A stretch of DNA of 63,763 bases, filler included, from Hausera hauseri (lineage: Eukaryota): NCBI GenBank assembly GCA_046269625.1. It is 10 parts of 10 records of this genome, joined end to end, with 100 filler letters (N's around TTAATTAATTAA, not from the genome) between each part and the next. Parts side by side here need not be neighbours in the genome. Positions count along the whole stretch, not along the records: positions 33,617 to 38,574 come from JBJURY010378925.1; positions 38,675 to 51,128 come from JBJURY010033336.1; 8 more parts are not named here. One strand, given 5' to 3'. The position numbers were made by a program, and so were the translations under genes. This document shows positions 36,820 through 48,000 of the stretch, in pieces. The notes beneath the pieces were generated by a model. It was not told the DNA's origin, made no database searches, and was given only the letters and a program-made list of their open reading frames with translations. Numbering within the stretch: position 1 is the first letter of the stretch; each line of letters opens with the position of its first letter.

Positions 36820-37530
36820 TAATTAAAATGTGCTTCTGCTACACTCTAAATCGGGCTTTTGATACCGGCTTTTTCCTTGTATCCTTGCAACTCAATATTC
36901 ATTTAACACTTTAAACCACCACCACCATCATCACTACCAAGTACATGAGACATTTCGCGACCAATGAAATCAAACAATTTCGTTTTCGGCGCCCGTAAAT
37001 CGACAGATTGCTGTTGCACGGTTGTTTCGTTTAACTTTAAATCCACGTTTAATTGATGCAGCGCATCAGAAAGTTTACCCGAATTTTCACACTAAAGCCG
37101 TTTTACACCATAGCTGTGCTTGGGTGCACATAGAGACATGGGATAATTCAATGAAATCAGTACTGGCGTTTGCAGAAAAGGCATTTCATACTTGCGAAAA
37201 ATTCATTTCGGTAAAAATATCTGTCTTTGGCACGACGGTTTTGATTTTTGTTTATGTATTCCAATCATTGCATTTTGCCTTTTTAGCGTCGTTTTTGCTG
37301 TTGCTTATGATTATTTCTGAGCAAGTTGCTTTTTCGTTTCCAGACAATCGTCACTAGAAGGTTTATCTAATTGTTGGACAGGTTCTGTTTTCGTTTCCAG
37401 CAGTTTGAGATTAGAATTGTCGTTTTTGTAGCCAAACAACTACGACCAATCTGAACTTTCACCATTCGCACAACCATCATCATCACCATCATCATTGAGT
37501 AGAATCGTTTTTCGTCGTCGTCGTCTTCCA
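36820..37530 (-). pseudogene. Polinton accessory gene of unknown function (paralogue B)
   Basis: Frameshifted; C-terminus MNIELQGYKEKAGIKSPI*SV. Confidence 0.35.
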
Positions 37531-37605
37531 TGGCAGTTATGTCTGAATGAGCATGGGAATGGTAGTTATAGTTTGTTGTTGTGGTGCAATGTACATTATT
37601 TTGAT

Positions 37606-38021
37606 TCATAAAACATTTATGTGCTTTTTAATTTGGTTAATAATAAAAATTTTTCTACTGCTAAACACACTGACACAAAGTGGGCGAAACAGTGTCAGTC
37701 TCACTTCAGGAATCTGTTCGGGTTTATACGTATATTCAGTAGTGGCCATTGCTAATTTGTACAGATTGATTGTTTGGTAGTCTAACTGAGCCGTTACCAT
37801 TATTGATTGAATTTGGTCAGTGACAATTCCAAATGGTAGTAGTTTTATAGCTGTGATTGATTTGCGACAATCCATAATACGACACTTTTCCGATTTAAAT
37901 ATAATGCATGTAAAATCCAGTGGACACTTGAGGACATACTGTGTCGGCTTCCATTGATTAAAAGGTAGTGTGTTAATGTCACACTCGGTAACATGTCCGC
38001 GATAGTTGATAATAACTAACA
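37606..38021 (-). pseudogene. TATA-binding-protein (TBP)-like gene
   Basis: Two TBP half-repeats: TCIIFKSEKCRIMDC and IQSIMVTAQL...INLYKL...YKPEQIP...VSVFSSRKIFI, compared with IQNIV...INL..L...YEPEQFP...IFSSGKMVITG. Confidence 0.72.
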
Positions 38022-38119
38022 TTATGGAAACAGTGTTTATACTATAGATATTCATATGTGCGTGTAACACGATTATAAACAAATAATGTGGTGAAGAAAG
38101 GTTGTATTAATATTATTAG

Positions 38120-38574
38120 ATGAATCTGCAGAATGATGCCATTTTCCAGATTGTAGGCCCGTGGAAATGTCAATGAACACTTTGTGTGTAAACTGCTGCA
38201 GAACTACCGTGACATGTTCCATTCACCACGGTACAATCACATATACTGGCATTAGGATGTTGGTGATGATGGTGAGTTCGGTTTGACTCATCGGGAATTT
38301 TGCAAACTGAAATCTATAACGGTAATTGATAGGTCTGATGAGAACTGGTCAGAGAAATTACGCAACGGTGATGTTATTGTCATTCCAGAAATGCGAACAT
38401 CATCGAACAAGAAATCTAAGCGTACACTATTTGGTGTTATTCAAAAATCCCCGTGATTAGACTATCATTAATTATGTTGCACTATAAGCATTTTCTCAAA
38501 ACCGAGCTTGCTTGATAGATGCATATCATGATGCTACGACCGAGTGACACGGATACTTGTTCATTGACTTTACG
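38120..38574 (+). pseudogene. Polinton A32/FtsK-like packaging ATPase, decayed
   Basis: IFQIVGP (broken Walker A), HIYW, DVIVI, then KSP...AYHDATTE*HGYLFIDF. Confidence 0.72.
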
Positions 38575-38674
38575 NNNNNNNNNNNNNNNNNNNNNNNNNN
38601 NNNNNNNNNNNNNNNNNNTTAATTAATTAANNNNNNNNNNNNNNNNNNNNNNNNNNNNNNNNNNNNNNNNNNNN

Positions 38675-38745
38675 TAATTATTTGCGGTTGTAGATCAGTG
38701 ATGTGTGGAAATTATAGGGGGCGGCGTTTCTTTTGAACATACCTG
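38675..38745. mobile_element. Terminus of a Tc1/mariner-type TIR element, followed by TA at 38746-38747
   Basis: GAAATTATAGGGGGCGGCGTTTCTTTTGAACATACCTG is the exact reverse complement of 51043-51080. Confidence 0.85.
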
Positions 38746-38747
38746 TA

Positions 38748-39591
38748 TATAACAGATATTAAAAATGATAAAAAGAAATCAATAAGATGTGAAATAACCC
38801 ACAAGCAACAGTCGTCATGTTGCAATGTTACGAGAGGAAAGATGTACCAGATAAACTACAAATTAATCCGCAAAGAACAAGGAATTGTTTCCAATATACT
38901 AAAGCAGAAAGGTCCAATGATGTACGTAAAATACAAAAATCTTACTAAGTATAAAGATAAACATTCGAAAATCTCGACGCTATCAGTGCACTCCCAATTA
39001 ATTAATAAAACTAAAGAGATGACCATTTTGATCCTACCGTATGCGTCACATTCCCGACCGAAACGGTCCATCTGGGAAAACGTAACAATTACACCGACAA
39101 CCACTGCATTAATCATAGCGGTCAAACCTGACCTAGATTTCTTTAAAATAAAATTCACCTGCAAAGTCCAGCAAATGATAGTCGCAACAGGCGTAATTAC
39201 GCCCGATGATTTAATTGTACCTTGCGCAGCCCTGACTCCTGATACAAAATACACCATTACACTTAATCTGTACAACGAAAATAACAAGGTAGTGTCCACA
39301 AAAATCTTGACAGCCTATACAAAAGATACCAAGGAATCAGATTTAATAAAACCACCCAAAAGCAAAATCACACCCAAAATAGTAACTACAAAGAAACCAA
39401 CAAGAGCAATATATACGTATTCACGTATGGAATTAATATTAATAGGTACGATAACCCCTGTCGCACTAACTCTACTAATAATAATCGCGATAAAAGTAAT
39501 TAAGATGAAACGACAACGTCAAAAACCCGGTTGGGTACGCATAGACATGCGTCGCCTAACAAAGCCGCTGGACTCGGATAATCCGAGCTAA
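38748..39591 (+). CDS. C-terminal part of the retroelement polyprotein: Cys-containing beta module, furin site RPKR, FN3-like domain, stalk, TM helix and tail
   Basis: Open from 38749 in the frame of ORF 38842; ALTPDTKYTITL; TM LILIGTITPVALTLLIIIAI followed by KMKRQR; joins 51042 in frame. Confidence 0.8.
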
Positions 39592-39720
39592 CAATTACAT
39601 CAATGGATTGCATGTTACGCAATCCAGTATATTAAGATAACTAAATATGATTTAGTTACCTTAAGAACTCATAAAATTCAAAATCGAACGATTGCCTACG
39701 TATTATACTCGACAACCGTT

Positions 39721-41022
39721 ATGATTACGTTAAGTATACCTTGTAACAGTACATTGACTATTATTTTTACAGTTATGAAATCTTCTCAATCTATCCAGTC
39801 CTCCACAGCGATGCAGATCCAAACATTGCAAAGGTCAAAACACTGGTACGACAATGCCAGAAACCATTTGATAAACGCAGGGCCAACAAATCAGTATCAT
39901 GTTGTGATGAATGACAATACCTATTGTCTAAATTATCCACACCTCCAGCAAATCCCCAATAATCTCAAGGGGTACAGTATGGCTAATCGGTCACTGGCCT
40001 TAATACAAATGACCAAAGCCACTTCATTCCTCATAAAAGACCTGATCACCTTACCCAATAAATATCACAGCCTCAATGTCTACGACATACTGGGAAAATT
40101 CCAGATCAAAACAAAGAACTCAACCACGAAAATGGCAGGTGATCTTATCAATCTAGACCCTAACTATGGAATATCTATTGATTCCAAGTTCATGGATAAA
40201 AACACGATAAAAGTACGTTCCCTTACCAACCGTATAATGATAGGAGTTGAGGTAATAAAATCAGAAAAATTCTGGCCCACGGAACCCCAGGGAAGATGCT
40301 TCAACCTGCCAGAACCAGACTACCACCAATATAAAAAGAAATCGTATCGAAGGACAACCGACATCAATGAAAGCGACATGGCTATCGTTGCAGTAAATTT
40401 GGCCTATGACCAGTTTAACCAACTCCAGCCGATAGAATGCAGCATTATGAATCTAACTGGCGAAACCCTCTTCTATTCAATTATCACGCCTAGACAGAGG
40501 ATTAATAACTATGACACTCACGTAACCGGATTGACCGAGTCGCAAACGAACAATCAGATGGATGTGAATGACTTCTACCAGAAGGTCAGCACAGTCTTAA
40601 CGGATAAGTTGGTAATCGGGGCCAACGTATTAGAAACATTAACAAATTATCTCAAATGCCCACTACGAAGAATTGCAGGAGTTTGCGATATTTTATATCA
40701 AGAGGACGTACTGCAAAAATACCATATGGAGGTTATCAGTCATAAGGAGCTAGCCAAACGCTTCTATGAGACACGAACCATGCCACTTCGAAGTACAGTA
40801 TTGGTTCAGTGTTATCAAGCCATTTACCGTTCGTTAAAATGGATGGACGATGTGATCGACACAAGCACGAGCCCCGATAAGGTGTTAAAAACACCCCCGT
40901 CATCTAGAAAAAGGAAATTCCAGATGGAAGAAACCATATTTATGAATGGAGAAGTCTTCACAATCGACGCAGTGCGATATAAATCGCAATCCGGAAACTA
41001 CATCTATCTTCCTCCTTCTTAA
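39721..41022 (+). CDS. Accessory ORF with a C-terminal ISG20/REX4-like DEDDh exonuclease fold, catalytic residues apparently degenerate
   Basis: IVAVNL...CSIMNLTGETLFYSIITPRQRINNYDTHVTGLT...VSTVLTDKLVIGAN...DI; intact 433 codons. Confidence 0.7.
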   Translation: MITLSIPCNSTLTIIFTVMKSSQSIQSSTAMQIQTLQRSKHWYDNARNHLINAGPTNQYHVVMNDNTYCLNYPHLQQIPNNLKGYSMANRSLALIQMTKATSFLIKDLITLPNKYHSLNVYDILGKFQIKTKNSTTKMAGDLINLDPNYGISIDSKFMDKNTIKVRSLTNRIMIGVEVIKSEKFWPTEPQGRCFNLPEPDYHQYKKKSYRRTTDINESDMAIVAVNLAYDQFNQLQPIECSIMNLTGETLFYSIITPRQRINNYDTHVTGLTESQTNNQMDVNDFYQKVSTVLTDKLVIGANVLETLTNYLKCPLRRIAGVCDILYQEDVLQKYHMEVISHKELAKRFYETRTMPLRSTVLVQCYQAIYRSLKWMDDVIDTSTSPDKVLKTPPSSRKRKFQMEETIFMNGEVFTIDAVRYKSQSGNYIYLPPS

Positions 41023-41059
41023 AAGAAAAATTCGGGGCAATTTTCTTCGGCCCCCCATC

Positions 41060-41923
41060 AACTTATTCAGTCGACATTTTACAATTTTGTGTCTCATATT
41101 TTTTAATTCACATTTACATGCTGCGATCGACATATTTATTATTGACCGACATTTCTATTATTGATCTGACCTGCAAAAATATGTGCTATGACTTCGAGAA
41201 TAATTGGGTGACATATGTTATTTTTAGCGATATTTCCCATTTGACATTTGACAGTACTTAACCGACATTTACAGTCTGCAATCAATTTTTAATTCTCCTA
41301 TATCTCCCATTTGACATTTTGTAATCTGTAATGTGATTTTTTAACCAGTGGTGTGCTATATACGATCCTGCATGACATTTTTAGTTTGTTATAGACCATT
41401 TTTTTAATGATTAATGCAATTCTGCATGTTTATAAATCAGGTATAAATACCTGTGGTTTAACGTACGATTTAGAACAACTTTTGACAACAAGTTTTTGAA
41501 TCAAGTTTGGGTATTATTGTTACTTTAAGTATGTGTTTACTTTTCTTAATATCGTAACGGTTATCAATATTTTGCTCTTTTGTTTGTAGATAAATTACTA
41601 AGTAAACCAAGTAATTAAGTAATCGAATCTAAATAACTTGGAGGACCCGACGTGCTGTCAGACCGCCGCCCAAATAATCAAACTAAACTACAGTCAAATA
41701 AAACCGTAGTAACTAACGAGTAACACACGCATACCTTGACCCCGACACACTACCCATAAGTTAAGATAGTAAGGTCCTTGGACTCTCTCTCTACTCACAT
41801 CGCATCGAATAATCTCCCTATTTGTTCACCCGTTGGTTTAATAATTGTCGTTTAAAAACAAAACCAATCGTCTAAAGAAAAGATAAATACGCTCTCCCCA
41901 TTTAAATCAACGGAGACTGAACA
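41060..41923 (+). repeat. LTR of the env-bearing gypsy element (5' boundary approximate)
   Basis: Non-coding, ends ...GAACA two bases before the PBS; TATA-like TATAAATA at about 41442. Confidence 0.65.
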
Positions 41924-41925
41924 AC

Positions 41926-41943
41926 TGGTGCCGTGACCCGGGA
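41926..41943 (+). promoter_or_regulatory. Primer-binding site, tRNA-His-like
   Basis: TGGTGCCGTGACCCGGGA compared with the canonical tRNA-His PBS TGGTGCCGTGACTCGGAT. Confidence 0.8.
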
Positions 41944-42094
41944 GTAAACCATTCGCATATAAAAAAAATTTAAATAATAAAGTAATAAAATTACCAAGAT
42001 AGCTACCAGATCTGGTGCTAGATATAAAGAAGAAAACGAAATTGCATACGGTCTTGAATATTTAAATAATCTTAGTGAAGAAGAAAACGAAATA

Positions 42095-45000
42095 ATGACA
42101 GGAAATAATGCACCCATAGAGCAGGTGATTCAGTCAAAGGCTGATTTTACCCTGCCAATGAAGAAATTTTCAGGAAAAGAAGACGTGCAAGACTTTATTA
42201 TGGAGTATGAAGTATACTCGAAAAGTTTCGGATGGACTGATCAGCAGCGTGTAGAGAGGCTACCTCTCCACCTAAAAGGGACTGCTCTAGCCATTTATTT
42301 TCAAATGCCTGATGCCGATAAGAACGACTGGAAAGTCGTAAAAGAAAAATTGCCTCAAAAGTTTTTGGTTGACCCTACCGGAAAAGGGAGAATTGAAGAA
42401 TTCATAAGAAGAAGGCAACGTAAAGACGAAACGGTTCAGGAATTTGTATGCGCTTTAGAGAAATTGGCTGCACGAGCATACCCAGATGCAACGACAAGAA
42501 GTAACGCCTTATTGGCCCAATTCCAATATGGATTAGAAGAAAGATTGAGGACAATAATCTCGCAGGCTGACCCATCCACGTTTTTAGAAGCAATAAGAAA
42601 AGCACGTAAAGCTGAGAGAGATGCTGAGTTTTATAGATGGAATAGATTCAGAAATTATAACAATAATAGTTACGATAAACGTAAAAATAACAGCACTCAA
42701 AGGTATGAACGATACGAAAGGAATAGAAGTCCATCCCAAACCTCAGCCACTGAAGCTGAGTCAGATGGAGAAAAGAAAGTAAGATTCAAACTGAGAAATG
42801 AAGGAGAGAAAACATCCTATAAAAAGAAATACCCCAAAAAGGATGGAAGATCATGGCCAAGTATAGATTCAGAAGGAAGATTAAAGTGTTTCAATTGCAA
42901 CAAATACGGCCATATTGCCAAAGCGTGTAGGTCACGAAAAAGAGAACCTATGAAGAGCAACATGAGATATAATAACAATAATAAACCCAAGAAGGACTAT
43001 ACATCAGTTACATCAGACGAATCATCCGATGGAGAATACGAAACAGAAGAAAGTGAATCGGAACGAAAGAAAAAAGAAAGTACTAATTATGTCAATGATG
43101 TATTGTCTCATCGAATGAAGACGCAATTAGCGATGGAATTAAAAGATTATAAGACTCAACAAAAACGGTTGAAAGAAAATAGTATCTGCACAATAGAAGA
43201 TAAGCCTGAAGGAACAAAAACTCGACGAAGTAGGAAGAAGAGTAATAAAAAGATAATCGAAGTGGAATCAAGAGAGACTTCAGTGGAGAAGAGTGATGTA
43301 GAAAAGAAGACAAAGAGAGGACGGAAGAAGAGTTTAATTGGAGAATCAACCTCGGAAGAAGGAGAAGAAGAAAGTAAACCGGTAAAAATATTTGATGAAA
43401 CAGTGATGGAGCAGGTAATCCAAAGAAAAGAAGTTGACTTAGATGCTGACGATGAAATTATCGAAGCTATAGTTGCTATTAACCCCGAAAACGTCGAAAT
43501 AGATGGAGCAATAAAAGCCTTACTGAAATTAATAAACAGTAATGTATCAGCAAATAAATTAAACGAAATATTATTTCAATTATTGTTACTTGCGCATGAC
43601 ACCAGCCCAGTTCGAGACATAGCACGAACGATACTAGCTAAAGCAGCAGAAGCAGAGATAGGAAAAAGTGAATTTATCAGAATAACTTTAAAGGAAGGAA
43701 ATCAAGACCTGAGAGTAATCCGGATGAAGGAAAATGACGACATAGAGACCCTACGCGAGAAAATCGTAGAATTAGAACCGGATTATAGAGAAAAACTGTA
43801 CGGATTAAGTTTCTATGGAAGAACGCTATATAGTTATGACAACTTGTTACGGATAGGCATTAGAAACGAAAATTATAATCCCATTACCATTACTCTAGTG
43901 GAGATTCACCCGGACGCCAGAGCTGAGGTAGTAGCAGATAATATAATTAGAGAACTGGAGCCACCAGAAGAACATTTGCTAGGTGACACTCAAGATGTTA
44001 CAGTTCAGACAGAGGCAAGAAGAAGAGGAAGACCGAAAGGTACCAAGATAAGTGACATCAAGAATAAAAGAGATAGAAATGAAGAGATAGTACGCCGGTT
44101 GTTGTTATCAGGAATAGATATGACGCCAGAGTCAGTAGACATCGACCCGCTAATAAGAACGTTACTAGCAAGATTGCACACCTCATTTGCATCATTCGAT
44201 ATGCAAGTGACAATTCCAGATGAATTATTTCAGTCATTACGAAATTCATTATTGAGAATTAGTAGGCAATTTTACGAAAATATTACGGAAGAAAGAATTA
44301 ATGAATTACACGAACAAGATATTGTAGAAAAGATGTTGGCCTCAGGAGTTACTCGAGAAAAGGTATTAACCGCGGTGTCATACATAATCTATAAAATAAT
44401 TGCCACTAATCACCAAACAGAAAATCTTGAAGAGATTGATCGTAACATCAAGACCATAGTTAAGGTTTTGCGAGATACGCTACAAAACTGGGTTCAATGC
44501 AGAGGAGGTTGGATACCGAGTTTAATGGCTAACACAGCCATAACGGAAATGCCAGACAGACCTTCTGGCTCACCAGCGACCACTCCACTTAACCAAAATG
44601 CTATTAGACAAGGTATAACGAACGTGTCGTTTGTGGAAATCCTTCAACTTCTCTTAATCATGTCCATTTGCGCACCTAATGCTATGGGTATAGTAGCATA
44701 CGACTGCTCAAAGCCGAAAGAAGGACAAAAGTATTCATTTGTTGACCTTGAAAAATGTCCAGAAGCGGACCCAGAACAATTAGTCACTACTACTGGTCAT
44801 CGATATTGGGTTTATCAGGAATCCGAATTTATAAAAGTCAAAATACGAGAATGTTATTTGAAACGATCTTTTTTCCTTTTCAATTGCGCATATTACTCTG
44901 GTAATTCGGCAATAATAGAACCAACTACACCATTTGAGCCTATAATAATATCTCGTGCCGAATGCCAAGACGCTTTTAAAATTGGAACAATAACGGTGCA

Positions 45001-48000
45001 AAATGCACATATACCCGCAGTAAGAAATAGAATAAAATATACTCGAATTTTCCGAGCAGGAAAAATCGACAAAACTAGAGAAGGAACTTGCAAAGGAGTA
45101 GACTATGACGTAGGCGGAACAATCGCACCTAGAACGGTAGCCATTGAAGATTACCAAGTACAATTGAAAGAATATGAAGCGTTGTTTGACTCGCAAACTA
45201 AATTAATGACTACGATGGCTGAGTGTGAATACGATAACGGTGAATGTGACACAGGAGAATCGAAGATGGCTTGGGAAGTATCTACAAAAAAATGCCATTT
45301 AACCTTGCTAAAAAACGGAATATTTAACAAAACGGTAGGGAAATCAACCGATAAAGAGACAACTACGTTTAAGGAAGGAGTAAAGGAAGCAAAAATGACT
45401 GAAGTCGCTACTATAGTGTTCTCAGCAAACCCAGAGGAAATGATGAGATTCAAAATCACAGGCACGCTGAACAAATGTGACGAAGAAATATTTAAAACTA
45501 ATTACAAAGGGATATACTTGTCCTTGAAACAAGTACACGGAGCAAAAGCGAAACTAGACAAAACGGATATAAAGTTAACCCAATATTTCGATAATAAAAT
45601 AGATTTCCTAATCAACTATGTAAGAATGGAAATTAGAAGTCTATACAGGGAAATAATGATGAATGAATGTAAATTAAATTACGAAATTATGCGAAATAAG
45701 ATGGCTCTGGTAATGACTAACCCAGACATGGTAGCCCCGGTAATGCCATTCGGTGATGGAATAATTGGTAGAATAATGGGTGAAATACTAGTAACTATCG
45801 AATGTAAGAAAGTAGATGTCAAATTAAGACCCACGAATATCTGTACTTCAGAATTACCAGTAGAATACCAGAATGAACCGCGTTATGTAATGCCAGTAAC
45901 AAGAATCCTATTGGAAGCCAACGTGAAGCCGACAATTCTTTATAATTGCACTTTTAACATGTCACCAATGTTCAAAATCAATGATAAAAGTTGGATACGA
46001 ATGCCTAATAGAGAAACGATGCCAGCTCCAGAAATGCTTAGCCTAGTAAATCTGCAAAGGAATCATAAATTCGAACCTTTAACGAGTATCCCACAAGGAG
46101 GGATATATACAGAACAAAACTTAGAGGACTATCGGAGAATGATAATGTTCCCACAACAAAGACAACGAGTAATAACAGAATTGACAAAAAGAGTAATGTG
46201 GGACGGAGAAGGATCACCACAATGGGAAAATCTGATGGGAAAAGACTATTTAAAGAAAGTAACGAGAAATATCATGGAGAAGATGTGGGGAAGATTTCTA
46301 TATTTCGGACAAGCAGCTTCAGGATTTTTAGCAATATATTTTATTATCAGTGCCCTACGAACCATATTTACTGCACTGGGAAAAGCATACGGAATTCACG
46401 CTGCAGTAGGATGTTCGTGGAAAATTTTAATAGCTGTAATACCGGCGGTAGCCAGTTGTTTCCTGGCTAACCATGATGCTAAATGGAAAAAGAAGTTACT
46501 TAAAGAAAAGAATAAAAATGTTGAAGATACCTCACCTTACAGCATAATAAATGACAAAAATGATGATGACGATGACGGTAAGGCGGATAACAAGGAATCC
46601 ATTAGTAATAAATACCTTACCAGAATGAAAAGATTTTCGTTAAGACCAAGAAAAAAGAAGTACAAGAAGAAATTACTAACGGACCTGCCACAACTAAATT
46701 CAGCGGACGAATATAATGGACAAATCTGTACATCAACTTCAGCCCCGTATTATGTACAATCTTTGAGATATCAAGACAATAACGGCTTAGAAAGAAGAGA
46801 AACGTATCCCATGTATCAAGTGTTGCAAATGAAAAGAAGTTACGACGAAAATTTACCATCTCAGCCTACGTGCAAAACGAATGATAAGAATGCACCAAAA
46901 ACACCTACTAGACCCGAAGTAATGATAGATGTGAACGGATACCCAATGCTTGCGTTAATAGATACAGGATCGACCACAACGATAATGGGAAAAAGTCAGT
47001 TACCACCAAAACTCTTGAGAAAACTAAGGAAACCAACAGAGACACTAGTTAACGTAGGAGCATTTGGCACTGAGGAAGAAATAAAGACTGTCCTAGATGC
47101 CAAAATTAAAATATGTAATCAGATAATTGACCATACCATCAGAGTAGCGGAGAACTTAACGAACGAAATCCTTATTGGATGTGACATTTTAAGTCAATTA
47201 GAAGAAGTCTATATTGATCTAAAAACAAGTCAACTTAGGACGTTTGGCAAGAGAGAATGTGAAGGGTCAGTCACCTTAACAAGAGAAATGGTAATACCAA
47301 GTAGAAGCGAGATAATAACGACCGGAAGAATCCAAGGAAGGAGGGAATTTGAAAATGTGCATTTCGAACCATCATATCAGACAATGGAAAGATATGATAT
47401 TCTAATCGCTCCGCATATCGATAAAATACGAGATGGGAAGATTCACCTAAGAATCTGCAATACTGGGAACAGGAAAATACGATTAAGAAGAAATACTAAA
47501 ATGGGATATATAACGGCAATTGAGGATATATTGACCGGATCCGTCAAAGAAAGTGTTAACTCTATAATTTCAGATGTGGATAAGATTGAGAAAATGATAA
47601 ATAAGAAATTGAGTGATGGAAGACAGAAAGTGGAAACGAAGAAAACCCCAAATCATATTAACTGGGAAGAGAAGTTACAAGAATGTAAAATGTTAAACGA
47701 AGAAGAAAGAACAGCACTAAAACAGCTCCTAGAAAGGAATAATAAGCGGTTTGCTCAAAGTGACTACGACTTGGGATCTATGAACGTAATACGACACTCT
47801 ATTAAATTAAAAGATGGCCAAGATAAACCAATAAAGAAGCGACCTTATAGATTAGCATATGATAAGAAAGAGCAAGCCCGCCAGATTATAAAAGAAATGA
47901 GAGAAAATAAAATAATTCGACCTAGTTGTTCTCCTTGGACAGCCCCGGTAGTAATGGTTAAAAAGAAAGACGGAGCTATGAGATTCTGCATAGACTATCG

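Noticed and set aside
47260-47530. Functional dUTPase in the polyprotein
   Set aside because: It lacks the catalytic motifs; such a spacer is common after gypsy proteases.
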